From contig JBFXJT010000007.1 in the NCBI GenBank assembly GCA_050174575.1, forward strand, positions 6,648 through 70,647: a stretch of DNA of 64,000 nt, given 5' to 3'. Positions 57,035-64,000 of this stretch are shown piece by piece. The notes under the pieces were generated by a model. The model made no database searches. It was not told the origin of the DNA and saw nothing but the letters and a program-made list of their open reading frames with translations. The position numbers and the translations under genes are program-made. The DNA is from Bacilli bacterium (GTDB lineage Bacteria > Bacillota_I > Bacilli_A > ML615J-28 > CAG-698). The first letter of the stretch is position 1. Every line of letters starts with the position of its first letter.

Positions 57035-58156
57035 ATTTTCTAGGGTGCTTGCTAAATCGAAAGTTGCCTTCTGTAAATAAACTTGAGCATTAGTGATTGC
57101 ATCTTCAATCGACTGGCTATAATCTGTTAATGCAATAATTTTTGTTAATCCTTTAGGAATGAGGGCTTTTTGTAGGTTTTCTGTTTGGCCAACAATAGCA
57201 TATAAAGGAATTTGAGCCGATTGAGCGTATTGTGAAATGCCATCAATGACTTTCCCCGTCATACTTTGGGAATCGAATCTTCCTTCCCCAGTTATAATCA
57301 TATCAGCATTTTGAATGATATTTTGAAATTTGATTAATTCTAAAAAAGTATTGATGCCTGATTTGATTTCTGAATTAAGGAATAATTTTGCACTAACAGT
57401 CATTCCTCCAGCTGCTCCAGCTCCAACAAAATTGGCATTAAACTGGAATTTTTTATATAACAAATCAGCCAGTTTCTTCATGCTTTCATCAAGTTTTATG
57501 ATATCTATTTCACTAGCACCTTTTTGTTTGGCATAGACAAAAGCTGCTCCGTTTGGTCCGTAAAGAGGATTCCTTACATCACATAATGTAGTGAATTTTG
57601 TTTTTAAAATTTGGGGATCAACTTTATCAATAAAAATATCGGTAATATCACCCAATGTTTCTCCGACAGGAAGAAAGGTGGTGTTATTTTGATCAACAAA
57701 CAAAACACCCAGACTATTGGCCATTCCCACGCCCATATCATTTGTAGCACTTCCGCCTAAACCCAGGATTATTTTTTTTGCTCCCCTTGCCACTGCATCT
57801 TTGATAATTTCCCCAACCCCATAAGTCGTTGTTAGGCAGGGGTTCTTTTTGTTCTTGACAAGCAACAACCCAGCACTAGCTGCCATTTCTACAATGGCTG
57901 TTTGCTCATCAATCATTCCATAAAAACCATCGATTTCTTCCATGTAAGGGCCTTTTGTTTTTAGAGTGATCTTTTCACCACCAACAGCAGCCAAATAACT
58001 GTCCACAAAACCATCTCCACCATCGGAAACAGGTATTTGAACAATCTTGGCATCAGGAAAAATTTCGTTTAGCGTTTTTCCAATAATAGTGGCGACCTCT
58101 TTACTTGTTAAGCATCCTTTATAAGAATCAGGTATTACAACAATTTTTTTAACCAT
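57029..58156 (-). CDS. Glycerate kinase (GlxK/GarK family).
   Basis: 375 aa. MVKKIVVIPDSYKGCLTS...PVSDGGDGF N-terminus characteristic of glycerate kinases. Confidence 0.85.
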   Translation of the reverse strand: MVKKIVVIPDSYKGCLTSKEVATIIGKTLNEIFPDAKIVQIPVSDGGDGFVDSYLAAVGGEKITLKTKGPYMEEIDGFYGMIDEQTAIVEMAASAGLLLVKNKKNPCLTTTYGVGEIIKDAVARGAKKIILGLGGSATNDMGVGMANSLGVLFVDQNNTTFLPVGETLGDITDIFIDKVDPQILKTKFTTLCDVRNPLYGPNGAAFVYAKQKGASEIDIIKLDESMKKLADLLYKKFQFNANFVGAGAAGGMTVSAKLFLNSEIKSGINTFLELIKFQNIIQNADMIITGEGRFDSQSMTGKVIDGISQYAQSAQIPLYAIVGQTENLQKALIPKGLTKIIALTDYSQSIEDAITNAQVYLQKATFDLASTLENK

Positions 58157-59411
58157 TGTTCCGTTCCTTAAAATCGGTCATAAAAACATTGTTACCAAGG
58201 CTTGGCATCTTTTTTTGCCATAATTTAGGTAAATAACGATAGTCTTGTTTAATAATATCGATTTCCTTTTTAAAACTATCAACAAAAGCTTGCTCGATAT
58301 TTGAGCACTTGCTTGCAAAGGCCACCAATTGATCTTTTGTCGGCTCTTTCGCAAATAAAGCTTCTTCTTCTTTAATAAATTGTTCTTGAATGTCATGCGC
58401 TTTTTGGAGGTATTGATCCTTTGCAATCAGTCTTCCAAAAATAGCTCTTGCTAATAATTCTCTTTCTAACCAATATTGATAACTGCTTTCTTTATCAACA
58501 AAAACAGGTGGAACATTGATTCCTAAAAAACAAGGTTTATAAATTGATAGGCAAGGAGAACTAGCTCCCGTTAGCCAAATGGTTGGAAGATGCTTGTGAA
58601 AATGAACAATCATGCTTGATGTTGTATGATCACCTAATAAACTTTGGTGCATGCAGACACTTCGAATGCTTCCTTTAGTAAATAAACGTTTTTCATCTTT
58701 TGGATGATGCGATGTTAAAATACCCATAATGTCTCTCAGGTCATTCGCTTGTTTCAGGCTTTCATAAACCGTTTTTTGACGGGTTTTTGCTTGAGAAAAA
58801 TAAGTTACAACTGGTTCCGTGTTTTGCTTTCTAAAATTTGAATATGTTTTGGACCCTTTTATATAATCCTTTTCAATTGTTAAGCGGTTACTAATATTCC
58901 CACTATCGGTTATTTCTTTTAAAACCCAATTTTTTACTACTGTTTCTAAAATATAGGAGTTTTCTCCATCTGTAATTAAATAAGAATTATCGTAATAAAA
59001 ATGTTTATCAAAACCACAGTTTCCGCCTTGACCATACTCATCAAGATAGTGAATAATAGTATCGACGGCCTCTTTCGCATTACTACTTTGCTCTAACCCT
59101 AGCCGTAGCAAATCCATTCCAAGCAGATGTTCGTCCTTTTTATTAGATGATTTTGTGAAGGTGGCTTCGTTCCCGATAACAACACCACAATCATTGATTC
59201 CCATTTCCCCGCCCCATATCCAACTCGGTTGGATTAAAAGTAGACTATGGATGCTGTTGGCATTCCCAATGGAAATGTATGTGCCTTTTTCGTTTATTTT
59301 CCTTTCATATTGTGGATAATATAAACACAAATTTGGTTCATTGGCACTTCGATCGCTATTTTTCCCAAAAAAAGCAGTTGTTTTAGTTTTTTTAAATAAT
59401 GTATCACACAT
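58149..59411 (-). CDS. Secernin/C69-like Ntn-hydrolase peptidase.
   Basis: Start at MCDTLF (strong RBS AAGGAGAAAAAC), so Cys2 would be the N-terminal nucleophile. FFGKNSDRSANEP resembles secernin/C69 FGKNSARPRDE. Confidence 0.65.
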   Translation of the reverse strand: MCDTLFKKTKTTAFFGKNSDRSANEPNLCLYYPQYERKINEKGTYISIGNANSIHSLLLIQPSWIWGGEMGINDCGVVIGNEATFTKSSNKKDEHLLGMDLLRLGLEQSSNAKEAVDTIIHYLDEYGQGGNCGFDKHFYYDNSYLITDGENSYILETVVKNWVLKEITDSGNISNRLTIEKDYIKGSKTYSNFRKQNTEPVVTYFSQAKTRQKTVYESLKQANDLRDIMGILTSHHPKDEKRLFTKGSIRSVCMHQSLLGDHTTSSMIVHFHKHLPTIWLTGASSPCLSIYKPCFLGINVPPVFVDKESSYQYWLERELLARAIFGRLIAKDQYLQKAHDIQEQFIKEEEALFAKEPTKDQLVAFASKCSNIEQAFVDSFKKEIDIIKQDYRYLPKLWQKKMPSLGNNVFMTDFKERNNG

Positions 59412-59467
59412 GTTTTTCTCCTTACTTAATAATAAAATTAAGTGAAAACACAATCGATATAATTTTA

Positions 59468-59938
59468 TTAGTTATTAATATATAATTTTAAAATCTCTTC
59501 ATCATCGTCTTTTTCGTTTGTATCAATAAATCCATATTTTATGTAAAATTGATAAGGTTGTTCTCCGATCATCTCACAAGATGCATAAAGTGTTTTGATG
59601 TGTTCTTCTTTACATTTTTGGACAATTAAATCTAGGACTTGCTTGCCATAGCCTTTTTGCTGATATTGGCCCCCAATCATAAAACGCCAAAGATAATAGG
59701 CTGGCTGATCCTGTTTAATGGCATCTGGTTCATCAAGGGAAATCATGACAAATCCAATGGGTTGATCATCTAAATAAATGGCTCTAGGCCACGCTTTTAA
59801 AGGATTAACATATGCTTCCGCAATCGAAAAAACATTGGGAGCAACACAGCGCTTTTGGTAATCACTTAGTGTATTTGATAGGGATACTACTTCTCTTAAG
59901 TTGTCTTCGTTAATTATTTCTAAGGATATTTTGCCCAT
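59468..59938 (-). CDS. GNAT-family N-acetyltransferase.
   Basis: 156 aa with the acetyl-CoA-binding segment FMIGGQYQQKGYGKQVL. Confidence 0.8.
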   Translation of the reverse strand: MGKISLEIINEDNLREVVSLSNTLSDYQKRCVAPNVFSIAEAYVNPLKAWPRAIYLDDQPIGFVMISLDEPDAIKQDQPAYYLWRFMIGGQYQQKGYGKQVLDLIVQKCKEEHIKTLYASCEMIGEQPYQFYIKYGFIDTNEKDDDEEILKLYINN

Positions 59939-60096
59939 ATTATTCTCCGTTTTAAAATCATTACACGGATTTCATCCGATGTTATTTTAGCAAAATTACA
60001 AGAATTTGTAAATTGATATTTTATAACTGGTTAATAATGCTAATAATTTTTATGGAACAAAAAAACCAATCAAAATCTATTGATTGGTAGTAAATA

Positions 60097-60987
60097 CTAT
60101 TTTTTTCTTACGGGAATCCAAATACCGCTTTCGTAATTGGCTTCTTGGGTTTTGTCACTGCTATACCATTCGATATTAGCACCTAAAGCTATTTCATAAT
60201 CGGGATTATTCGGTAACCATTCTTGGAATATTTTTGCATTAACCGCTTGAATTGCCCCTGGCATTGGTCCAACTACTTTAAACTTAGCCCACTCAACATC
60301 TTCAAAAGTGAATACCGTAAGTTCTTTCGGAGTTTCTTTGCCACGATAGAGGCCTGCAATGAGATATCGAAATGATGTAGGATCATCCTTAATCTCAATA
60401 CAAACACCAAATTCACCAATACAATTATCAATTACCACTTTTTGAAGAGTCGCAAACGAAGCTTCTTTTTTAAAAGGTTTTGCACAATACATTTGACGAA
60501 AGGTATCCCAAAACTTGGGAATTTCCTGATGGGCAGTATCAAATTTAAATATTTTTTCAAACCCAACAACAGTAAAACTTTCCATTTTTTCAACAATAAA
60601 ATCCATTTCTTCTCCTCCTTGAATTTCAATTCTTATTTTTAAAGGTAAGAAAACTTTTATTTTGTTAGCATCCGTCTTTACTTGATGCGGAGTGTAATTA
60701 TGGAACCTAGAAAAAGCTTTTGTGAAACTCTCCGGTGTTTCATAACCATACTTATAAGCAATATCAATTATCTTATCATTTCCATTGCAAATATCAAGTG
60801 CTGCTAAATAAAGTCGTCGATTTCTAATGTAATCTGATATTGAATACCCTGTCATTATCCTAAATCCTTTTTGTAAATAAAAAGAAGATACACAAACATT
60901 GTTTGCTACATCCTCGGCGCCAATAAAGTTGTGCAAGTTTGTTTCAATGTATTCTAAACTCTTCTTAATACAAGTCATCCACTCCAA
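60097..60987 (-). CDS. AraC-family transcriptional regulator with a C-terminal GyrI-like effector domain.
   Basis: N-terminal double HTH (DVANNVCVSSFYLQKGF...YGYETPESFTKAF) followed by an approx 160-aa GyrI-like domain. Confidence 0.8.
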   Translation of the reverse strand: MEWMTCIKKSLEYIETNLHNFIGAEDVANNVCVSSFYLQKGFRIMTGYSISDYIRNRRLYLAALDICNGNDKIIDIAYKYGYETPESFTKAFSRFHNYTPHQVKTDANKIKVFLPLKIRIEIQGGEEMDFIVEKMESFTVVGFEKIFKFDTAHQEIPKFWDTFRQMYCAKPFKKEASFATLQKVVIDNCIGEFGVCIEIKDDPTSFRYLIAGLYRGKETPKELTVFTFEDVEWAKFKVVGPMPGAIQAVNAKIFQEWLPNNPDYEIALGANIEWYSSDKTQEANYESGIWIPVRKK

Positions 60988-61201
60988 GTCATTGTCCTCC
61001 TTACCTTTGTATTCATTATATTCTTCTTTGGCAATTTTATCTTGTCATAATTTGCTTTGTTTTGTCCGACATAATGTTATTTATAACTAATACTATAGAT
61101 TAAATAAAACATTAAAAAAGTGTAACATAATTTTAAAAAAAGTAGTCGCTATCAAAAACAATATTGTCTACTTTTTCTATCAATTTTTACATTTTAAAAT
61201 A

Positions 61202-61292
61202 TGGCGGAGGAAAGGGGATTTGAACCCCTGCGCCAGGTTAATGGCCTACTAGCTTTCCAAGCCAGCCCCTTCAGCCACTTGGGTACTCCTCC
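61202..61292 (-). tRNA. tRNA-Ser (anticodon GGA), long variable arm, encoded CCA.
   Basis: Manual fold: acceptor GGAGGAG/CTCCTCC, anticodon stem CTGGC/GCTAG with loop TTGGAAA, long variable arm, T-arm AGGGG-TTCAAAT-CCCCT. Confidence 0.85.
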
Positions 61293-61318
61293 AAATAAAG
61301 TATCACAAAGTGATACTT

Positions 61319-62113
61319 TTATAAAGCTCCATCAATAATCATCATTAATAAAAAACCAGCAATAAAGGACAAAGTTCCCAAATGCGAATGAGCATCAAGT
61401 TGTGCTTCAGGAATTAATTCTTCCACAACTACATAAATCATTGCACCAGCAGCAAATCCCAAAAACCATGGCATTATGGAAACCATTTGACTTGCCATCA
61501 ATAACCCCAGCGCTGCAAAAACTGGTTCTACAAAACCACTTAATGAACCAAAAAAGAATGATTTCTTTTTAGAAAGTTTATAATCCCTTAATGGAAGCGA
61601 TATTGCTGCTCCTTCAGGGAAGTTTTGAATACCAATACCAATAGCTATACCCAAGGCAGAACCTAATAAAACAGGATCATTTAGTTTTAAAGCATAACCA
61701 AAAGCTAAACCAACTGCCAAGCCTTCAGGAGCGTTGTGTAAAGCAACTGCTAAGATGAGCATTGTTGTTCGTTTGAATTTTGATCTTAAGCCTTCAGGTT
61801 GATCTTCATGAAGATGTAAATGCGGTAACAAATGGTCAACTAACAATAAGAAAATAACTCCAGCTAAAAACCCTATTGTTGGTGGAATCCAACTGGCTAG
61901 TCCACCATTAGATGAATCTTCCATTGCAGGAATCAATAATGACCAAACGGCTGCTGCAATCATAACTCCAGCTGCAAAACCTAAAAAAATTTGATTGAAG
62001 GAAACAGATAATTGTTTTTTTACAAAAAATACTAATCCTGCTCCTAAAGTTGTCATTATAAAAATAAAGGCAATACCAAAAATTGCGATTACTTCAGGTG
62101 AAAATCCGAACAT
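61319..62113 (-). CDS. zupT: ZIP-family zinc/metal transporter.
   Basis: 264 aa, 8 TM, conserved HNAPEGLAVG and HNFPEGAAIS metal-binding helices. Confidence 0.85.
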   Translation of the reverse strand: MFGFSPEVIAIFGIAFIFIMTTLGAGLVFFVKKQLSVSFNQIFLGFAAGVMIAAAVWSLLIPAMEDSSNGGLASWIPPTIGFLAGVIFLLLVDHLLPHLHLHEDQPEGLRSKFKRTTMLILAVALHNAPEGLAVGLAFGYALKLNDPVLLGSALGIAIGIGIQNFPEGAAISLPLRDYKLSKKKSFFFGSLSGFVEPVFAALGLLMASQMVSIMPWFLGFAAGAMIYVVVEELIPEAQLDAHSHLGTLSFIAGFLLMMIIDGAL

Positions 62114-62114
62114 A

Positions 62115-62651
62115 TTATCTTCCTTTCAGAAATTTCTTCTTATAAACAGTCATTGATTTTTTAATTATATCAGTGGCCTTTTCTTTTCCATATACTTCAA
62201 ATCCCGTTGTCTCACGATGCTCCAGGTTTTTATAAACCATGAAGAAATGTTTAATTTCATCGGTAATATGTGGTGGTAATTCCTCTAAATTATGATAGTA
62301 ATTCCAAGTAGGGTCTTTAAAAGGAATTGCAATTATTTTATCATCAGTTTCTTCGTTATCAAGCATTCTAACAACACCGATTGGATAACACCTTACCATA
62401 CTCATTGGTTCTAATTCTTCACTGCAAAGAACTAAAACATCAAGTGGATCGTGGTCTTCCGCATATGTTCTTGGAATAAATCCATAATTGGCTGGATAGT
62501 GGGTTGAAGTGTAAAGAATACGATCAAGAATAATCAAACCGGTTTCTTTATCCATTTCATATTTCTTTTTGCTTCCTTTTGATATTTCAATCACCGCAAT
62601 AAAGTCTTCGATTTGAATTCGATCTGCACTAATATCATGCCAAATATTCAT
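62115..62651 (-). CDS. ppa: Inorganic pyrophosphatase (family I).
   Basis: 178 aa with YPANYGFIPRTYAEDHDPLDVLVL active-site block. Confidence 0.9.
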   Translation of the reverse strand: MNIWHDISADRIQIEDFIAVIEISKGSKKKYEMDKETGLIILDRILYTSTHYPANYGFIPRTYAEDHDPLDVLVLCSEELEPMSMVRCYPIGVVRMLDNEETDDKIIAIPFKDPTWNYYHNLEELPPHITDEIKHFFMVYKNLEHRETTGFEVYGKEKATDIIKKSMTVYKKKFLKGR

Positions 62652-62806
62652 TTTATTCCCCCTTATAATGATTAATTTCCATATAATATTCTACTATAAA
62701 ATGATTCATTTTCCAAGTAATTTCGGTAAAAAGAAAAAGATACTTTTACAAGTATTAAAAGTATCTTCTGAAGATTATAATTTATTATTAAAAGCATTCA
62801 TTAAAT

Positions 62807-64000
62807 TTAGATGGTATTGTTAATTAATGGTTCTTTAAAACGGTAAGTCATAACTATAAAGGCTAACAAAGCTGCAGTGAAGCCCATAATACCACCAAAA
62901 ATAAATGGTGCTGAACCACCGAACCAACTCCACAAACCGCCCGCCAACAACGAAGCAAATAATAAACCAATGCCCTGACATGTTCCATATAACCCAATAA
63001 TGGTTCCTTTTGCTTCTTTTGGTGCATACTCCGTAATAAAGGCTTTCTCAGCTCCCGTTATGATGGCTTGATACAGCCCATAAATCCCAAACAAAATCAT
63101 CAATGATGTTTTTGATGTGAAAAAAGCAAAACCTAAGTAAACTATGCCATATAATAAATATCCTGGAACGACAAGTTTCCGACGTCCAATTTTATCGGAC
63201 AGTTTACCCATTGGTAAAGAAAAGATTGTTGAAACTAAATGATATACCAAATAAAGAAGTAAAACTGAACTAGCACTGTAACCAGCATCAGTTGCTTTAA
63301 GTAATAAAAAAGCATTGCTCGAATTGCCTAGACTAAATAACAACACGACAACCAAATACCAAGTGATCCTTGGGTTTAATTTAAGACCTTTTAAAGAAAG
63401 CCGATTTCCCCATTTCTTGTGGTCCTTCTTCTCTTTTACAAGTAATAAAAAGATTAACCCAATGACTGCAGGAATGATTGACAAAAGAAAGATTGTTTTA
63501 AAAGCGTCTATATCAATAATCGAATTGTCGTTGACTAATTGTTGATATAATAAATAAGCAACCAAAAGACCCAAACCAGCTCCGAACATGTCGAGCATCT
63601 TGTGGAGCCCAAAAGATTTACCTAATGTTGTTGTATCGCCTGATTCAGCAACCAAAGCATCACGCGGTGCCGTCCTAATACCTTTACCAATGCGATCGAT
63701 TAATCGTGCAATCATAATGCCAATCCAACTTCCGGAGAAAAAGAGAATTATTTTATAAAAAATGGCACTTGAATAACCTAAAAAAGCTAATCGTTTTTTG
63801 TTTTGATATTTATCACCAATATAGCCCGAATAAACCTTAAGTAAAGCTGCTGTGCTTTCAGCAAACCCTTCAATAACCCCAACGATGGGAACGGATGCAA
63901 AGGTCTGCAAATAAATTGTTACAAGGGGATAAACCATTTCTGTCGATAAATCAATAAAAAAACTGACAAACCCCAAAAAAAGAATATTGATAACTCCTCG
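62807..64000 (-). CDS. MFS transporter; the N-terminus lies beyond the window end (partial).
   Basis: 12 TM-like hydrophobic segments with MFS-type loops. The reading frame is open through position 64000, and the track 'start' is an internal TTG. Confidence 0.7.
   Translation of the reverse strand, partial: RGVINILFLGFVSFFIDLSTEMVYPLVTIYLQTFASVPIVGVIEGFAESTAALLKVYSGYIGDKYQNKKRLAFLGYSSAIFYKIILFFSGSWIGIMIARLIDRIGKGIRTAPRDALVAESGDTTTLGKSFGLHKMLDMFGAGLGLLVAYLLYQQLVNDNSIIDIDAFKTIFLLSIIPAVIGLIFLLLVKEKKDHKKWGNRLSLKGLKLNPRITWYLVVVLLFSLGNSSNAFLLLKATDAGYSASSVLLLYLVYHLVSTIFSLPMGKLSDKIGRRKLVVPGYLLYGIVYLGFAFFTSKTSLMILFGIYGLYQAIITGAEKAFITEYAPKEAKGTIIGLYGTCQGIGLLFASLLAGGLWSWFGGSAPFIFGGIMGFTAALLAFIVMTYRFKEPLINNTI

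Noticed and set aside
60432-60642. Lysine-rich small ORFs within the AraC gene
   Set aside because: Frame-shifted or antisense A/T-rich translations inside a well-supported AraC/GyrI coding region.
1-64000. CRISPR arrays, IS elements, prophage or defence islands
   Set aside because: No regularly spaced direct repeats, transposase/integrase-like ORFs, restriction-modification enzymes, helicase/nuclease pairs or toxin-antitoxin pairs were found.

Overview
This is a low-GC (about 33%) Firmicutes-type chromosomal segment, densely coding, with nearly every gene on the minus strand and the S8 protease pair on the plus strand. All calls below were made by reading the sequence and ORF translations by eye; no database search was run. 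Going from low to high coordinates, the window contains: (1) a 3'-truncated membrane-anchored GGDEF diguanylate cyclase; (2) a cytoplasmic GH9-like hydrolase; (3) a maltodextrin/glycogen operon (malQ-glgP-GH13 amylase) with its terminator; (4) a PadR-DUF1700-DUF4097 module; (5) a BspA-type LRR lipoprotein; (6) a tRNA-Val; (7) a complete lysine-fermentation operon (MaoC hotdog-atoDA-kal-kce-kdd-kamA-orf-kamDE) preceded by a promoter, a lysine-riboswitch-like leader and an intrinsic terminator; (8) a PAS-GGDEF-hemerythrin diguanylate cyclase; (9) speD-speE; (10) a secreted S8 subtilase carrying Listeria-Bacteroides repeats plus an Ig-like lipoprotein; (11) a roughly 15 kb fructan utilisation locus (SBP, two permeases, two divergent LamG-GH32-like paralogs, a canonical GH32 lipoprotein, a lipoprotein with four tandem CBM-like modules, LacI and fructokinase) bounded by tRNA-Ser(CGA) and preceded by twin cre/LacI-type operators; (12) an ADP-ribosylglycohydrolase; (13) buk plus leucine dehydrogenase; (14) a MacB-type ABC exporter co-transcribed with a standalone B12-binding protein; (15) uvsE; (16) an M28 peptidase; (17) gpx; (18) an EEP nuclease/phosphatase; (19) glycerate kinase; (20) a secernin/C69-like Ntn peptidase; (21) a GNAT; (22) an AraC/GyrI regulator; (23) tRNA-Ser(GGA); (24) zupT; (25) ppa; and (26) a 5'-truncated MFS transporter. 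No CRISPR array, integrase, transposase or phage genes were seen. The most interesting candidates are the fructan locus with its non-canonical GH32-like enzymes and multi-CBM lipoprotein, and the riboswitch-controlled lysine catabolic operon.
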